Origin: Crocosphaera subtropica ATCC 51142
Lineage (GTDB): Bacteria; Cyanobacteriota; Cyanobacteriia; Cyanobacteriales; Microcystaceae
Direction: 5' to 3'
Assembly (NCBI RefSeq): GCF_000017845.1
Contig: NC_010546.1
Coordinates: forward strand, 1,080,001-1,112,000
Length of the DNA stretch: 32,000 nucleotides
The notes beneath the pieces were generated by a model, which saw only the letters and a list, made by a program, of their open reading frames with translations, made no database searches and was not told where the DNA came from. This document shows, piece by piece, positions 15,672 through 25,539 of this stretch. The stretch's first letter is position 1, and the number at the start of each line of letters is the position of its first letter. The position numbers were made by a program, and so were the translations under genes.

Positions 15672-17500
15672 GAAATTGAGAAGAAATTAAGCAAAGGATA
15701 CCCTAACGATAACATTTTATTTGAAGATTCTCAAACCGCCGTTTTAATACAAGGAGGAGAAGAAAGATTACGGGTTTCCATGAAGGATAGTGAGGGGTTA
15801 GATGGGTTAATTAATCAGTTTATTAATTATGTTCGTCCAGAGGTTAAAGACTTTCGAGAAGCAATAGAAAGTTTTAAGGAAGATTTACCGACTATTTTAG
15901 ATTCTTTACGGGAAATTATCGCTAAACAGTCTCAAGAAAATAAGAAGTTTATTGCAGCAAGGGATAAGTTTTTAACCATTTGTCAAGAGTCTATTAATCC
16001 TGAGATTGCTGTTGAAGATGTGAGAGAAATGATCATCCAGCATATTTTAACTGAAGACATATTTCTGACTATTTTTAATGAGTCTCAATTTCATCGAGAG
16101 AATAATATTGCTAGGGAGTTACAAGGGGTTATTAATACGTTTTTTACGGGGAGTGTAAGACGAAATACATTAAGTAGTATTGAACGGTATTATGGGGTAA
16201 TTCGTCGAACTGCTGCGAGTATTTATAATCATCATGAAAAACAGAAGTTTTTGAAAGCAATTTATGAGAATTTTTATAAAGCATATAATCCGAAAGCAGC
16301 AGATAGATTAGGAATTGTTTATACTCCTAATGAAATTGTTCGCTTTATGATCGAAAGTGTGGATTATTTGGTACATAAACATTTTGGTAAGTTATTGTGT
16401 GATTCTGGGGTAGAAATTTTAGATCCAGCAACGGGTACGGGGACGTTTGTGACGGAATTAATTGAATATTTACCGAAGGATAAATTAAAGTATAAATATC
16501 AGAATGAGATTCATTGTAATGAGGTGCAAATCTTACCTTATTATATTGCGAATTTGAATATTGAATATACTTATCAGCAGAAAATGAATGAGTATGAGGA
16601 GTTTAATAATATTTGTTTTGTGGATACATTAGATCATACTTCCTTTACGGGTAAACAGTTAGATTTGTTTGCATTGACCATTGAGAATACAGAAAGAATT
16701 AAAAATCAAAATGATCGTCAAATTTCTGTGATTATTGGGAATCCTCCTTATAATGCAAAACAAGAAAACTTTAATCAAAATAATGCTAACCGTTTTTATG
16801 AGGGGATAGATAAAAGAATAAAAGAAACTTACATTAAACAGGGAACTGCACAAAATCAGATTGTAATTTATGATATGTACACCCGTTTTATTCGTTGGGC
16901 CTCTGATAGATTAAGTAAAAATGGTATTATTGCTTTTGTTTCTAATAATTCTTTTATTGATGCTTTAGCTTATGATGGGTTTAGAAAAATTATTTCACAA
17001 GAATTTAATGAAATATGGATTATTAATACTAAAGGAAATGCAAGAACAAGTGGAGAAAGAAGAAGGAAAGAAGCAGGTAATATATTTAGTGATCAGATTA
17101 GGGTAGGTATTGCTGTTTATTTCTTGGTTAGAAATGAAAATGCTGAAGGATTTAAAGTTTTTTATAATGCTATTGAAGATTACAAAAAAGCTGAAGATAA
17201 AAAAGAATATTTAAGAATCCATAAAATAAATACTTTAAATTTTCCTCATATTAAACCTGATAAACGTCATAATTGGTTAAATCAATCAGATAATAATTTT
17301 GATGAGTTATTACCTTTGATGGATAAAGAGGTTAAAAGAGGAAAATCTCAAGAAGCTGTGTTTAAATTGTTTTCTAGAGGAGTAGCAACACAAAGGGACG
17401 AATGGGTTTATGATTTTTCAAGAGAAACATTAGACATCTCCATAATTTAATAAAATCAAGAAATATAGTATAATAAAATGAATAATTAGTTCAAAAAAGA

Positions 17501-18544
17501 ATGGAAACTTACACTTGGAGCTATCTAAAAAAATATCCTAAACAAACCAAAAGATTATTAGGAATTGATGACAATCAATTGGAACAATTGATTGCTCTAG
17601 GGAAGCTTCTTCATCAGAAAAAAAAGAAGAGAACGAAAAAACAAAAATTAGAATTAATCAACCTGGTGCGGGAAGTCCATCTTTATTAGCAGAAGAAGAA
17701 CAAATTGTTCTAACGTTAGTTTATTTAAGACATAATATAAGTTTTCAACTCTTAGGACTACTTTTTCAAGTAAGTGAGTCAACGGCTCATAATATTTTTA
17801 CTTATTGGCAAACACTTTTTGAAGGAGAGTTACCACCAAGTTTATTAGAACAAATAAAAAAGTTTCAAGAAGAAAAAGAAATAGTTCTTGAAATGTTAAC
17901 TGATTATGAATTGATTGTAGACAGCGCAGAACAGGCTATTGAAAGACCTTCAGATTATCAAGAACAAAAAAAATATTATTGCGGTGCGACCCCGGCGATT
18001 CGTAATCGCCTAGGGAACGCGCACCAAGAGACAGGGTAAGCAGAAAAGACATACTTTAAAAAGTCAATTCGTTGTCTTGCCAAAAGCTGAAGATATTATT
18101 GATGTAGTAATTGGAAAACCTGGGCCGACAAGTGACATTAACATCTGTCGGCAAACTTTAAATAAATTCAAGATAAACCAAACTTTTAGTGCTGATAAAG
18201 CCTACATTGGAGAGACTCAAATTATCACTCCGCATAAAAAAACTAAGAAAAGAGAATTAACTGAAGCTCAAATAAAAGAAAATAAAGCTTTATCATCTAA
18301 TCGGATTTTTGTTGAGCATTTAATTCGAGTTGTCAAAGTATTTAAAGTAGTTCAAGAAAGATTTCGCTTACATAAGAGTCGATATAAATCGGTTTTGTTA
18401 ACCGTTTGTGGATTAGTTCGGTTGAGAATTAGTTCCTTGATTTTGAAAATAATAGAATCCTCCCAATCTGGAGAGGTAATTGACGTTATAATGAGCCATA
18501 GTTTTATGTCCAAATTAGAGTTAATTCCTTCAACCCCTTATTAA
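17501..18544 (+). pseudogene. IS transposase OrfAB (-1 frameshift site at A8G run), additionally interrupted by a GC-rich hairpin insertion
   Basis: OrfA (17501..) shifts to the -1 frame at A_AAA_AAG (17620..17626), continuing ...EENEKTKIRINQPGAGSPSLLAEEEQIVLTLVYLRHN...QEQKKYY. The frame is then broken at 17980..18035. It resumes as GKQKRHTLKSQFVVLPKAEDIIDVV... (ORF 18077..18544). Confidence 0.7.
17983..18025. repeat. GC-rich 43-nt hairpin (part of a ~52-nt insertion) inside the transposase ORF
   Basis: GGTGCG-a-CCCC-GGCGATT-cgt-AATCGCC-ta-GGG-aac-G-CGCACC gives about 17 bp of stem. Its composition contrasts sharply with the AT-rich IS. It introduces a TAG and a frame change. Confidence 0.7.
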
Positions 18545-19470
18545 TTCGTTCTGAAGGCTAATTTTGACTTCAAGTTTAATCTGCCTGTTTTCATTGCTGT
18601 AACTGGGTTATGGATTCTTGGAGATGTCTAATTGGTTACTCAAAACCGTTTCAATGTCTTGCATCTAATTTATTAATAGGTTTAGATACCTTAGAAAAAA
18701 CACAATGTTTACCCTTATATTATTATGACGAAAATGGAAACAAAATAGACAATATAACCGACTGGGGACTAACCCAAATACAAAGTCATTATCAAGACAA
18801 AACTATCACTAAAATAAACATCTTTCATTATACTTATGCAGTGTTACATAACCCCAACTATCGCAAAAAATACGAACTCAACTTAAAACGAGACTTTCCG
18901 AGACTTCCTTTATATGACAACTTTTTTCAATGGGTAAACTGGGGACAACAATTAATGGAATTACACCTAAACTATGAAACCATAACCCCATTACCCCTTA
19001 ACCGTATTGATATCCCATCCGTAGAGACGTTTCATGAAACGTCTCTACAAAATACCCCCAAACCCAAACTAAAAGCAGATAAAACCAAAGGAAAAATAAT
19101 CTTAGATACTGTCACCACATTAGACGGAATACCATCCATTGCATGGGAATATAAACTAGGAAACCGATGTGCATTAGAATGGATTTTAGATCAATATAAA
19201 GAAAAGAAACCCAGAGATAAAACCATCGCCGAAAAATTCAATACTTATCGTTTTGCAGACTATAAAGAACAAGTGATTGACTTATTAACAAGAGTGTGTA
19301 CTGTTAGCGTAGAAACCATGAAAATTATCCAAGAAATGGAAAATAGTTAATCAATAAATAAAGTTTAATGGGTTGAACCGTGTTAAATCCCTACGAGATG
19401 ATAAAATACAAGATAAGATATAATCAACTTAGGATAATTCTTATCAACAGTTTGTAAGTAGGTTTAAGCG

Positions 19471-20061
19471 ATGGTTGATCCTTTAGAAATCGCTAAATAC
19501 TTCATTATTAGGGCTTACGAAGACGGTAGAGAATACCAAATGACCAATATGAAGGTTCAAAAACTTCTCTACTATTCCCAATGTTTACACCTTGCGCTTT
19601 ATGATGAACCCCTATTTTCCCAAGAAATACAAGCTTGGCGATATGGTCCCGTTTGTCCTCCTGCTTATCGATTTTATAGTGAATTTGAAGCCAAGCAATT
19701 ACCCATTCCCCAACAAGATAAATTAGAGACATTAACACCAGAAAAAAAAGAACTTTTAGAAGAAGTTTGGCTATATTTTGGGGAGTATCATGCTTATTAT
19801 TTAAGCGACATGACACACCTAGAATTTCCTTGGAAAAAAGCCCGTAAAGGGTTATCTAGTTATGAACGTTCAACTAATACTATTGATCTCAAAGATATGA
19901 AATTATTAGGAGAAGAAAAGTTATTAGAAATCGAAAAAAACCATCCTCATTATCAACCAACAATTCGTTATCTTTTGAAAGAAGCCTTTAAACCAGAAAA
20001 AACACCTCAATATATCAAAAAAGAAGAAATAGATGAGTGGCTTGAGTCCCTTCTCCCTTGA
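19471..20061 (+). CDS. Panacea (DUF4065, SocA/GepA-like) domain antitoxin
   Basis: MKVQKLLYYSQCLHLALYDEPLFSQEIQAWRYGPVCPPAYRFY matches the DUF4065 core (KLQKLLYY...AW..GPV...Y). Confidence 0.8.
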   Translation: MVDPLEIAKYFIIRAYEDGREYQMTNMKVQKLLYYSQCLHLALYDEPLFSQEIQAWRYGPVCPPAYRFYSEFEAKQLPIPQQDKLETLTPEKKELLEEVWLYFGEYHAYYLSDMTHLEFPWKKARKGLSSYERSTNTIDLKDMKLLGEEKLLEIEKNHPHYQPTIRYLLKEAFKPEKTPQYIKKEEIDEWLESLLP

Positions 20062-20425
20062 GAAATCAGAACAATTTGAACGCAGTTTTAAAAAGCTAAT
20101 TAAATCCTATAAATCTACGTCTCAAAGACAAGAGTTTAAAGAATTAATTGCTACATCTTTAAAAGAACTGATGGTTAATCCTTATCCGCTTAAAAGCCGT
20201 TCTGAACCCTTACCTAGTGGATTAAAATTACCCAATAATTGGAAATTATATAAATTAGTTATAGTAGCTACTAAAGGAGCATCTGGACAAATCAGAATTA
20301 TTTACTTAGTCAACGAAATTGAAAGAATTATTAAACTTTTATGGATTTATAATCATCAACAATTTCAAAAACGCCCTCCTGATAAAGATATTAGAGAAGT
20401 TATCAAAAATATATTTGAAGGTTAA
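20033..20425 (+). CDS. RelE/ParE-superfamily-like toxin partner of the Panacea antitoxin
   Basis: 130 aa overlapping the upstream gene by 29 nt. FERSFKKL...L..NP......EPL...L.....YKL.......G..RIIYLV......I.LL.IYNH resembles RelE/ParE-type toxins. The exact start is uncertain. Confidence 0.55.
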   Translation: MSGLSPFSLEKSEQFERSFKKLIKSYKSTSQRQEFKELIATSLKELMVNPYPLKSRSEPLPSGLKLPNNWKLYKLVIVATKGASGQIRIIYLVNEIERIIKLLWIYNHQQFQKRPPDKDIREVIKNIFEG

Positions 20426-20552
20426 ATAAATAGCTTGATTATATGAAAACTTCTTAGAAATAGAGACTATTTTATTACTTAAGTTATGACACAGTATGTT
20501 TTATTTTATGTTAAAATTATAAACAGTTATTATCCTTACATAAATTCCCAAA

Positions 20553-22616
20553 ATGTCACCCAAGTTTTCTTATCCAACCACTTCACAACAAGACGTTACC
20601 GATACTTATCATGGTGTCGAAATAAAAGATCCTTATCGTTGGTTAGAAAACCCTGACTCAGAGGAAACCAAAGCATGGATAACCGCACAAAATAAAGTAA
20701 CTTTTGACTATTTATCCACCATTTCAGCAAGAGAAAAAATAAAACAACGCTTAACTAAACTCTGGGATTATGAAAAATATGGGACTCCCTTCAAAAAAGC
20801 TGAAAGATACTTCTATTTTAAGAATAATGGCTTACAAAATCAAAGTGTTTTATATACTCTCAAAAATCTTGAAGATGAACCCACTATCTTATTAGATCCT
20901 AACACCTTATCTGAAGATGGAACCATTGCGTTATCTGGTTTATCCGTCTCAGAAAATGGTCAATATTTAACCTATGGTTTATCCACATCCGGATCAGATT
21001 GGGTAGAATGGAAAGTAAAAGAAATAGAAACAGGAAATGACTTATCAGATCACCTAAAATGGACAAAGTTCACAGGAACATCTTGGACAAAAGATAATCA
21101 AGGTTTCTTCTATAGTCGTTATAATGAACCTAACGAAAAAACAAAACTAGAAGACACAAACTACTATCAAAAACTCTATTATCATAAGTTAGGAACCTCC
21201 CAAGATAATGATGTATTAATTTATGATCGTCCTGACGAAAAAGAATGGGGGTTTAGTGGAGGAGTTACCGAAGATGGACAATATTTAATCATCAGTGTTT
21301 GGAAAGGAACCGATTCTAAAAACCTCGTTTTTTATAAAGATTTAAGTCAAAAAAATGCCCAAGTTGTCGAACTTATAAACGAATTTGAAGCAGATTATAG
21401 CTTTATTGATAATGAAGATTCAATCTTCTATTTTCGCACTGATTTAAACGCCCCCAAAGGGAAAGTGATTGGTGTTAATATCAATAACTCAGATAAAGAA
21501 AATTGGACAGAAATTATCCCAGAAACAGAGGAAACTTTAGAAGGAGTTGGTATTTTGAATAATCAATTTGTTTGTGATTATCTTCAAGATGCAAAATCTG
21601 CTATTAAAATTTATGATTTACAAGGTAATTTTATCCGAGATGTCAGTTTACCTGGAATTGGTTCAGCCGGTGGCTTTAACGGCAAAAAAGAGGATACTGA
21701 AACCTTTTATGCTTTTACCAGTTTTACAACACCTACAACCATCTACCGCTACGATATGGTAACAGGAGAAAGTACCATCTTTCGTCAACCAACCGTAGAC
21801 TTTAATCCTGATGACTACGAAATAAAACAAGTATTTTATGAGAGTCAAGACGGAACTAAAATTCCTATGTTTATCACTCATAAAAAAGAATTACAACTGG
21901 ATGGGAATAACCCCACCTATCTCTATGGTTATGGGGGTTTTAATGTTTCTTTAACCCCTAGTTTTTCTATTAGTAACTTAGTTTGGATGGAAATGGGAGG
22001 CGTTTATGCCGTTCCTAACCTCAGAGGTGGCGGAGAATACGGAGAAGAATGGCATCAAGCAGGAATGAAAGATAAGAAGCAAAATGTCTTTGATGACTTC
22101 ATTGCTGCTGCTGAATGGTTAATCAAAAATAACTATACTTCCTCGCAAAAATTAGCCATTGGAGGCGGTAGTAACGGTGGTTTATTAGTAGGGGCTTGTA
22201 TGACACAAAAACCCAATTTATTTGCTGCTGCATTACCCGCAGTTGGAGTATTAGATATGCTACGTTTTCATCAATTTACAATCGGTTGGGCTTGGTGTCC
22301 AGAGTATGGAAGTTCCGAAAATGAAGAAGACTTTAAGACACTTTTAGCCTATTCTCCTTTACATAATTTAACCTCAAATACCCCTTATCCTGCTACTATG
22401 ATTACTACAGCCGATCATGATGATCGTGTAGTTCCAGCCCATAGCTTTAAGTTTGCAGCAGCCTTACAAAAGGCTCATAATGGAGAAAAACCTGTCTTAA
22501 TTCGTATTGAAACAAAAGCCGGTCACGGGGCAGGAAAACCCACTACTAAAGTAATAGAAGAAATTGCTGATAAGTGGGCTTTTTTAGTTGATAATTTAGA
22601 CATAAATATGATATAG
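20553..22616 (+). CDS. Prolyl oligopeptidase (S9A family serine peptidase)
   Basis: 687 aa. The N-terminus is DTYHGVEIKDPYRWLE. There is a beta-propeller region and a catalytic domain with GGSNGGLL (Ser), DDRV (Asp) and AGHGAGKP (His). Confidence 0.9.
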   Translation: MSPKFSYPTTSQQDVTDTYHGVEIKDPYRWLENPDSEETKAWITAQNKVTFDYLSTISAREKIKQRLTKLWDYEKYGTPFKKAERYFYFKNNGLQNQSVLYTLKNLEDEPTILLDPNTLSEDGTIALSGLSVSENGQYLTYGLSTSGSDWVEWKVKEIETGNDLSDHLKWTKFTGTSWTKDNQGFFYSRYNEPNEKTKLEDTNYYQKLYYHKLGTSQDNDVLIYDRPDEKEWGFSGGVTEDGQYLIISVWKGTDSKNLVFYKDLSQKNAQVVELINEFEADYSFIDNEDSIFYFRTDLNAPKGKVIGVNINNSDKENWTEIIPETEETLEGVGILNNQFVCDYLQDAKSAIKIYDLQGNFIRDVSLPGIGSAGGFNGKKEDTETFYAFTSFTTPTTIYRYDMVTGESTIFRQPTVDFNPDDYEIKQVFYESQDGTKIPMFITHKKELQLDGNNPTYLYGYGGFNVSLTPSFSISNLVWMEMGGVYAVPNLRGGGEYGEEWHQAGMKDKKQNVFDDFIAAAEWLIKNNYTSSQKLAIGGGSNGGLLVGACMTQKPNLFAAALPAVGVLDMLRFHQFTIGWAWCPEYGSSENEEDFKTLLAYSPLHNLTSNTPYPATMITTADHDDRVVPAHSFKFAAALQKAHNGEKPVLIRIETKAGHGAGKPTTKVIEEIADKWAFLVDNLDINMI

Positions 22617-22644
22617 TTAAAGTTAGAATACTGGAATTTTTCCT

Positions 22645-22950
22645 ATGAGCGACTCCTCAGAAAAACCTAACCCTAAAAAACCCACCCCTGCAAACTGTTT
22701 GATGGGTGCAATGATTTCAGGGGCGTTAGGTTATGCACTCTACACCTTAACCGCTTCAATTATTCAAACTTTTGCCACCAAACCGTTAACCTCTTCTAAT
22801 ACTTTAGTGTTAAGAATTGGTTCTTTAGTGAGAACTTTAGTTACGGGTGTAGCTTCTTTAGCTACATTTGTTTTCTTTTTCGTTGCATTTGGCTTAATTT
22901 TATTAGCTATTCAATTGTTATTCCAGAAAGAAAAAACAACGGAAAGCTAA
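22645..22950 (+). CDS. DUF3082-like cyanobacterial membrane protein
   Basis: 101 aa with two TM segments. The pattern CLMGAMISGALGYALYTL... is typical of DUF3082 as I recall it. Confidence 0.6.
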   Translation: MSDSSEKPNPKKPTPANCLMGAMISGALGYALYTLTASIIQTFATKPLTSSNTLVLRIGSLVRTLVTGVASLATFVFFFVAFGLILLAIQLLFQKEKTTES

Positions 22951-22957
22951 ATAAATT

Positions 22958-23305
22958 TTAAGGGTTACGCCAATTATTATTAGCTTGTTCTAATACATAT
23001 TGAGATACCATTTTAATTTCATCTTGTGTCAGTCTTTCTTCGTAAGCTGACATATTATTTTTACCATAAGTTACGATATTAATAACAGCATCTAAAGTAT
23101 CAACTTTATTTCTTTTCAACGCCTTCATTTTTAAATTCTTCCCTCGTCTAATAATATTGTTACCATTAGGATGACATCCAGCGCAATGAACAGTAAAAAT
23201 TTTAGCCCCGTCTGTCGCTTCTTCTGCTAATGTTGAAGTTGGAGAAATTACCAGAAACAATAGTAAAATTACTGTAAAAAAAATCGAGTAAATTTTTAAT
23301 TGCAT
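22958..23305 (-). CDS. Cytochrome c6-family c-type cytochrome
   Basis: 115 aa with a signal peptide, the haem-binding motif CAGCH, and a distal Met region (YGKNNMSAY). Confidence 0.75.
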   Translation of the reverse strand: MQLKIYSIFFTVILLLFLVISPTSTLAEEATDGAKIFTVHCAGCHPNGNNIIRRGKNLKMKALKRNKVDTLDAVINIVTYGKNNMSAYEERLTQDEIKMVSQYVLEQANNNWRNP

Positions 23306-23489
23306 TGACTTTTAATATTAATAGCTAAATCTTTTTAAAAACCTATCTTTATTATTATACCAAATCTATTGAACAGATTGATAGATTTAATGATGATCTT
23401 ACCTAAAATACAAAATATAGGAATAAATTTGCTCATTGAGATAAGATAGGGAATAATTGAACAATAGATAATTAACTTTACCTCATCCT

Positions 23490-24698
23490 ATGGATACAAA
23501 AGCTTTTAAACGTTCTCTACAACAGTCTAACAACTATCATCGTAAAGGTTTTGGCCATGAAACCGAAGTCATGGGAACCATGAATACAGAGTACCAAAGT
23601 TCTCTTATTCAAAAAATTCGTGAAAATAATTATCAATGGCAAGAAGGAGATGTTACCATCAAATTAGCTGAAGCCTTTGGTTTTTGTTGGGGAGTAGAAA
23701 GGGCAGTTGCTATGGCTTACGAAACCCGTCAACATTTTCCTCAAGAAAAGATTTGGATAACTAATGAAATTATTCATAACCCCTCAGTTAATCAGCGTTT
23801 ATTAGAGATGAATGTTGGTTTTATTGAAGTGATTAATGGAAGTAAAGATTTTTCTGTAGTAGAAGCAGGAGATGTCGTTATCTTACCTGCTTTTGGTGCA
23901 AGTGTAACGGAAATGCAACTATTAAATGATAAAGGTTGCACTATTGTTGATACAACTTGTCCCTGGGTTTCTAAAGTTTGGAACTCTGTCGAAAAGCATA
24001 AGAAAAAAGATTACACTTCTATTATTCATGGTAAATATAAACATGAAGAAACCGTCGCTACCAGTTCTTTTGCAGGGACTTATTTAGTGGTTTTAAACCT
24101 TAAAGAAGCGCAATATGTCTGTGATTATATCCTCAATGGTGGTAATAAAGATGAATTTTTAGAGAAGTTTAAAAATGCTCATTCAGAAGGGTTTGACCCC
24201 GATAAAGATTTAATTCGTTTGGGTATTGCTAATCAAACGACTATGTTAAAAAGTGAAACCGAACAAATTGGAAAACTCTTTGAAACCACCATGCTTAAAA
24301 AGTACGGACCCACTGAATTAAATGAGCATTTTATGAGTTTTAATACCATCTGTGATGCGACTCAAGAACGTCAAGATGCCATGTTAAACCTAGTAGAAGA
24401 AGAGGTTGACGTAATGGTCGTCATTGGTGGGTTTAATTCCTCTAATACGACTCATTTACAAGAAATTTCTATTGAAAAAGGAATTGATTCCTATCACATT
24501 GATAGCGACAAACGGATCTTACCAGGAAATAAAATCGAACATAAACCCTTAGAAAAAGATATAGAAACTAAGGAAAATTGGCTACCTGACGGTAAAATTA
24601 TTGTTGGCGTTACCTCTGGTGCATCCACCCCTGATAAGGTAGTAGAAGCAGTTATCGAACGTATTTTTGAAGAAAAAAATGCTGGTGTTTTAGTGTAA
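23490..24698 (+). CDS. ispH: 4-hydroxy-3-methylbut-2-enyl diphosphate reductase
   Basis: 402-aa cyanobacterial long form. [24 protein letters not shown], and [12 protein letters not shown] with conserved Cys ligands. Confidence 0.9.
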   Translation: MDTKAFKRSLQQSNNYHRKGFGHETEVMGTMNTEYQSSLIQKIRENNYQWQEGDVTIKLAEAFGFCWGVERAVAMAYETRQHFPQEKIWITNEIIHNPSVNQRLLEMNVGFIEVINGSKDFSVVEAGDVVILPAFGASVTEMQLLNDKGCTIVDTTCPWVSKVWNSVEKHKKKDYTSIIHGKYKHEETVATSSFAGTYLVVLNLKEAQYVCDYILNGGNKDEFLEKFKNAHSEGFDPDKDLIRLGIANQTTMLKSETEQIGKLFETTMLKKYGPTELNEHFMSFNTICDATQERQDAMLNLVEEEVDVMVVIGGFNSSNTTHLQEISIEKGIDSYHIDSDKRILPGNKIEHKPLEKDIETKENWLPDGKIIVGVTSGASTPDKVVEAVIERIFEEKNAGVLV

Positions 24699-24706
24699 GT
24701 TAACTG

Positions 24707-24748
24707 GTAGGGTAGGCAATTTTAAAACTATTATATAATTGCCTACCT
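24707..24748 (+). terminator. Hairpin GGTAGGGTAGGCAATT-15nt-AATTGCCTACC downstream of ispH (repeat-family member, possible terminator)
   Basis: An 11-bp perfect stem lies 9 nt after the ispH stop. The arms are related to the 14490..14554 element. No clear U-run follows. Confidence 0.4.
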
Positions 24749-24789
24749 TAGTTTATTCTGTAAAAAATTCTGAAAAAGTAGAGGTTAAT

Positions 24790-25377
24790 ATGGCAGTACA
24801 AATAGAGAAAAGATACTATACACCTGAAGAATATTTGAAGTTAGAAGAAATAGCAACAGACAAACATGAATACCGAGATGGAGAGATTATTCCCATGACT
24901 GGTGCCACCACTAATCATAATCTCATCGCTGGTAATTTTTATAAACAATTTCCCACTACAATAAATAATGAAAATTACTGGATTTTTATGAGTGATGTTC
25001 GTTTATGGATGTCAATATATCCCATCTATACTTATCCAGATGTAATGATCATTAAAAATCAACCTATCTATGAAGGTAAGGGAACAAATACAGTAACCAA
25101 TGCTTCAATCATTATTGAAGTGTTATCTAAATCTACGAGAGATTATGATCGAACTGATAAGTTCAAGTTTTATCGTTCTTTACCAACATTTCAAGAATAT
25201 TTACTCGTAGAACAATCAGCTTATTATATTGAGCAATTTTATAAACAAACCAACGGAGAATGGATTTTTAAAACTTACGAATCCGATACTGATATTCTAA
25301 ATTTTTATTCAGTTGATTTCTCAATTTCATTAACTGATATTTATCAAAGAGTTGATTTTAATTTAAAAGAAGAATAA
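24790..25377 (+). CDS. Uma2 family (DUF820) putative endonuclease
   Basis: YTPEEYLKLEE....HEYRDGEIIPM is a typical Uma2 pattern. I place the start at ATG 24790 (GAGGT 5 nt upstream) rather than the TTG at 24739, which lies inside the hairpin repeat. Confidence 0.8.
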   Translation: MAVQIEKRYYTPEEYLKLEEIATDKHEYRDGEIIPMTGATTNHNLIAGNFYKQFPTTINNENYWIFMSDVRLWMSIYPIYTYPDVMIIKNQPIYEGKGTNTVTNASIIIEVLSKSTRDYDRTDKFKFYRSLPTFQEYLLVEQSAYYIEQFYKQTNGEWIFKTYESDTDILNFYSVDFSISLTDIYQRVDFNLKEE

Positions 25378-25413
25378 AAGACTGTTTATAAAGTGAATTG
25401 TTTCAACAAAAAT

Positions 25414-25478
25414 GGTGGGTTACGACGGATTCTATATTCCTGTGATAACCTAAATTATAGCCGTCTAACCCACCCTAC
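25414..25478. repeat. Palindromic hairpin element, inverted copy of the 15000..15064 element
   Basis: Arms GGTGGGTTACGACGG (25414..25428) and CCGTCTAACCCACCCTAC (25461..25478). There is an exact 30-nt reverse-complement match to 14998..15027. Confidence 0.8.
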
Positions 25479-25539
25479 TGTAATGACCTAAATTAACTGA
25501 AATCATCCACTACTTAATGTTATTTTTAGGGACAGTCTC

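Larger units (their letters stand above)
17433..18628 (+). mobile_element. IS element of the IS4/IS5 superfamily (DDE_Tnp_4 / Harbinger-like transposase)
   Basis: Terminal inverted repeats are GACATCTCCA (17433..) and TGGAGATGTC (..18628). The internal transposase has an HTH-like N-terminus and DDE residues (LIVDSAEQ, FSADKAY, VEHLI). Confidence 0.8.
15243..19350 (+). pseudogene. YeeA-like type IIG / type-ISP-like restriction-modification enzyme (PD-ExK nuclease-like N-terminus + gamma-class N6-adenine methyltransferase + ISP-type C-terminal domain), disrupted
   Basis: Three collinear ORF fragments: 15243..15563, 15636..17450 and 18610..19350. The N-terminus has PDG...GYWESKD (PD-ExK-like). 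The methyltransferase has motif I ILDPATGTGTF and motif IV IIGNPPYN. The C-terminal part (TQCLPLYYYDENGNKIDNITDWGL...IFHYTYAVLHNPNYRKKYELNLKRDFPRLPLY) is typical of this family. It is interrupted by a MITE and an IS. Confidence 0.85.

Noticed and set aside
18610-18630. ATG at 18610 (MDSWRCL...) as the genuine start of an independent gene
   Set aside because: These codons lie inside the right end of the IS (the TIR ends at 18628). The ORF is the 3' fragment of the disrupted RM gene fortuitously extended into IS sequence.
4986-20500. Using absence of HIP1 (GCGATCGC) as a marker of horizontally acquired islands
   Set aside because: The retron/TA and RM/TA islets do lack HIP1. So do clearly core genes nearby (prolyl oligopeptidase, ispH), so the signal is not discriminating at this scale.
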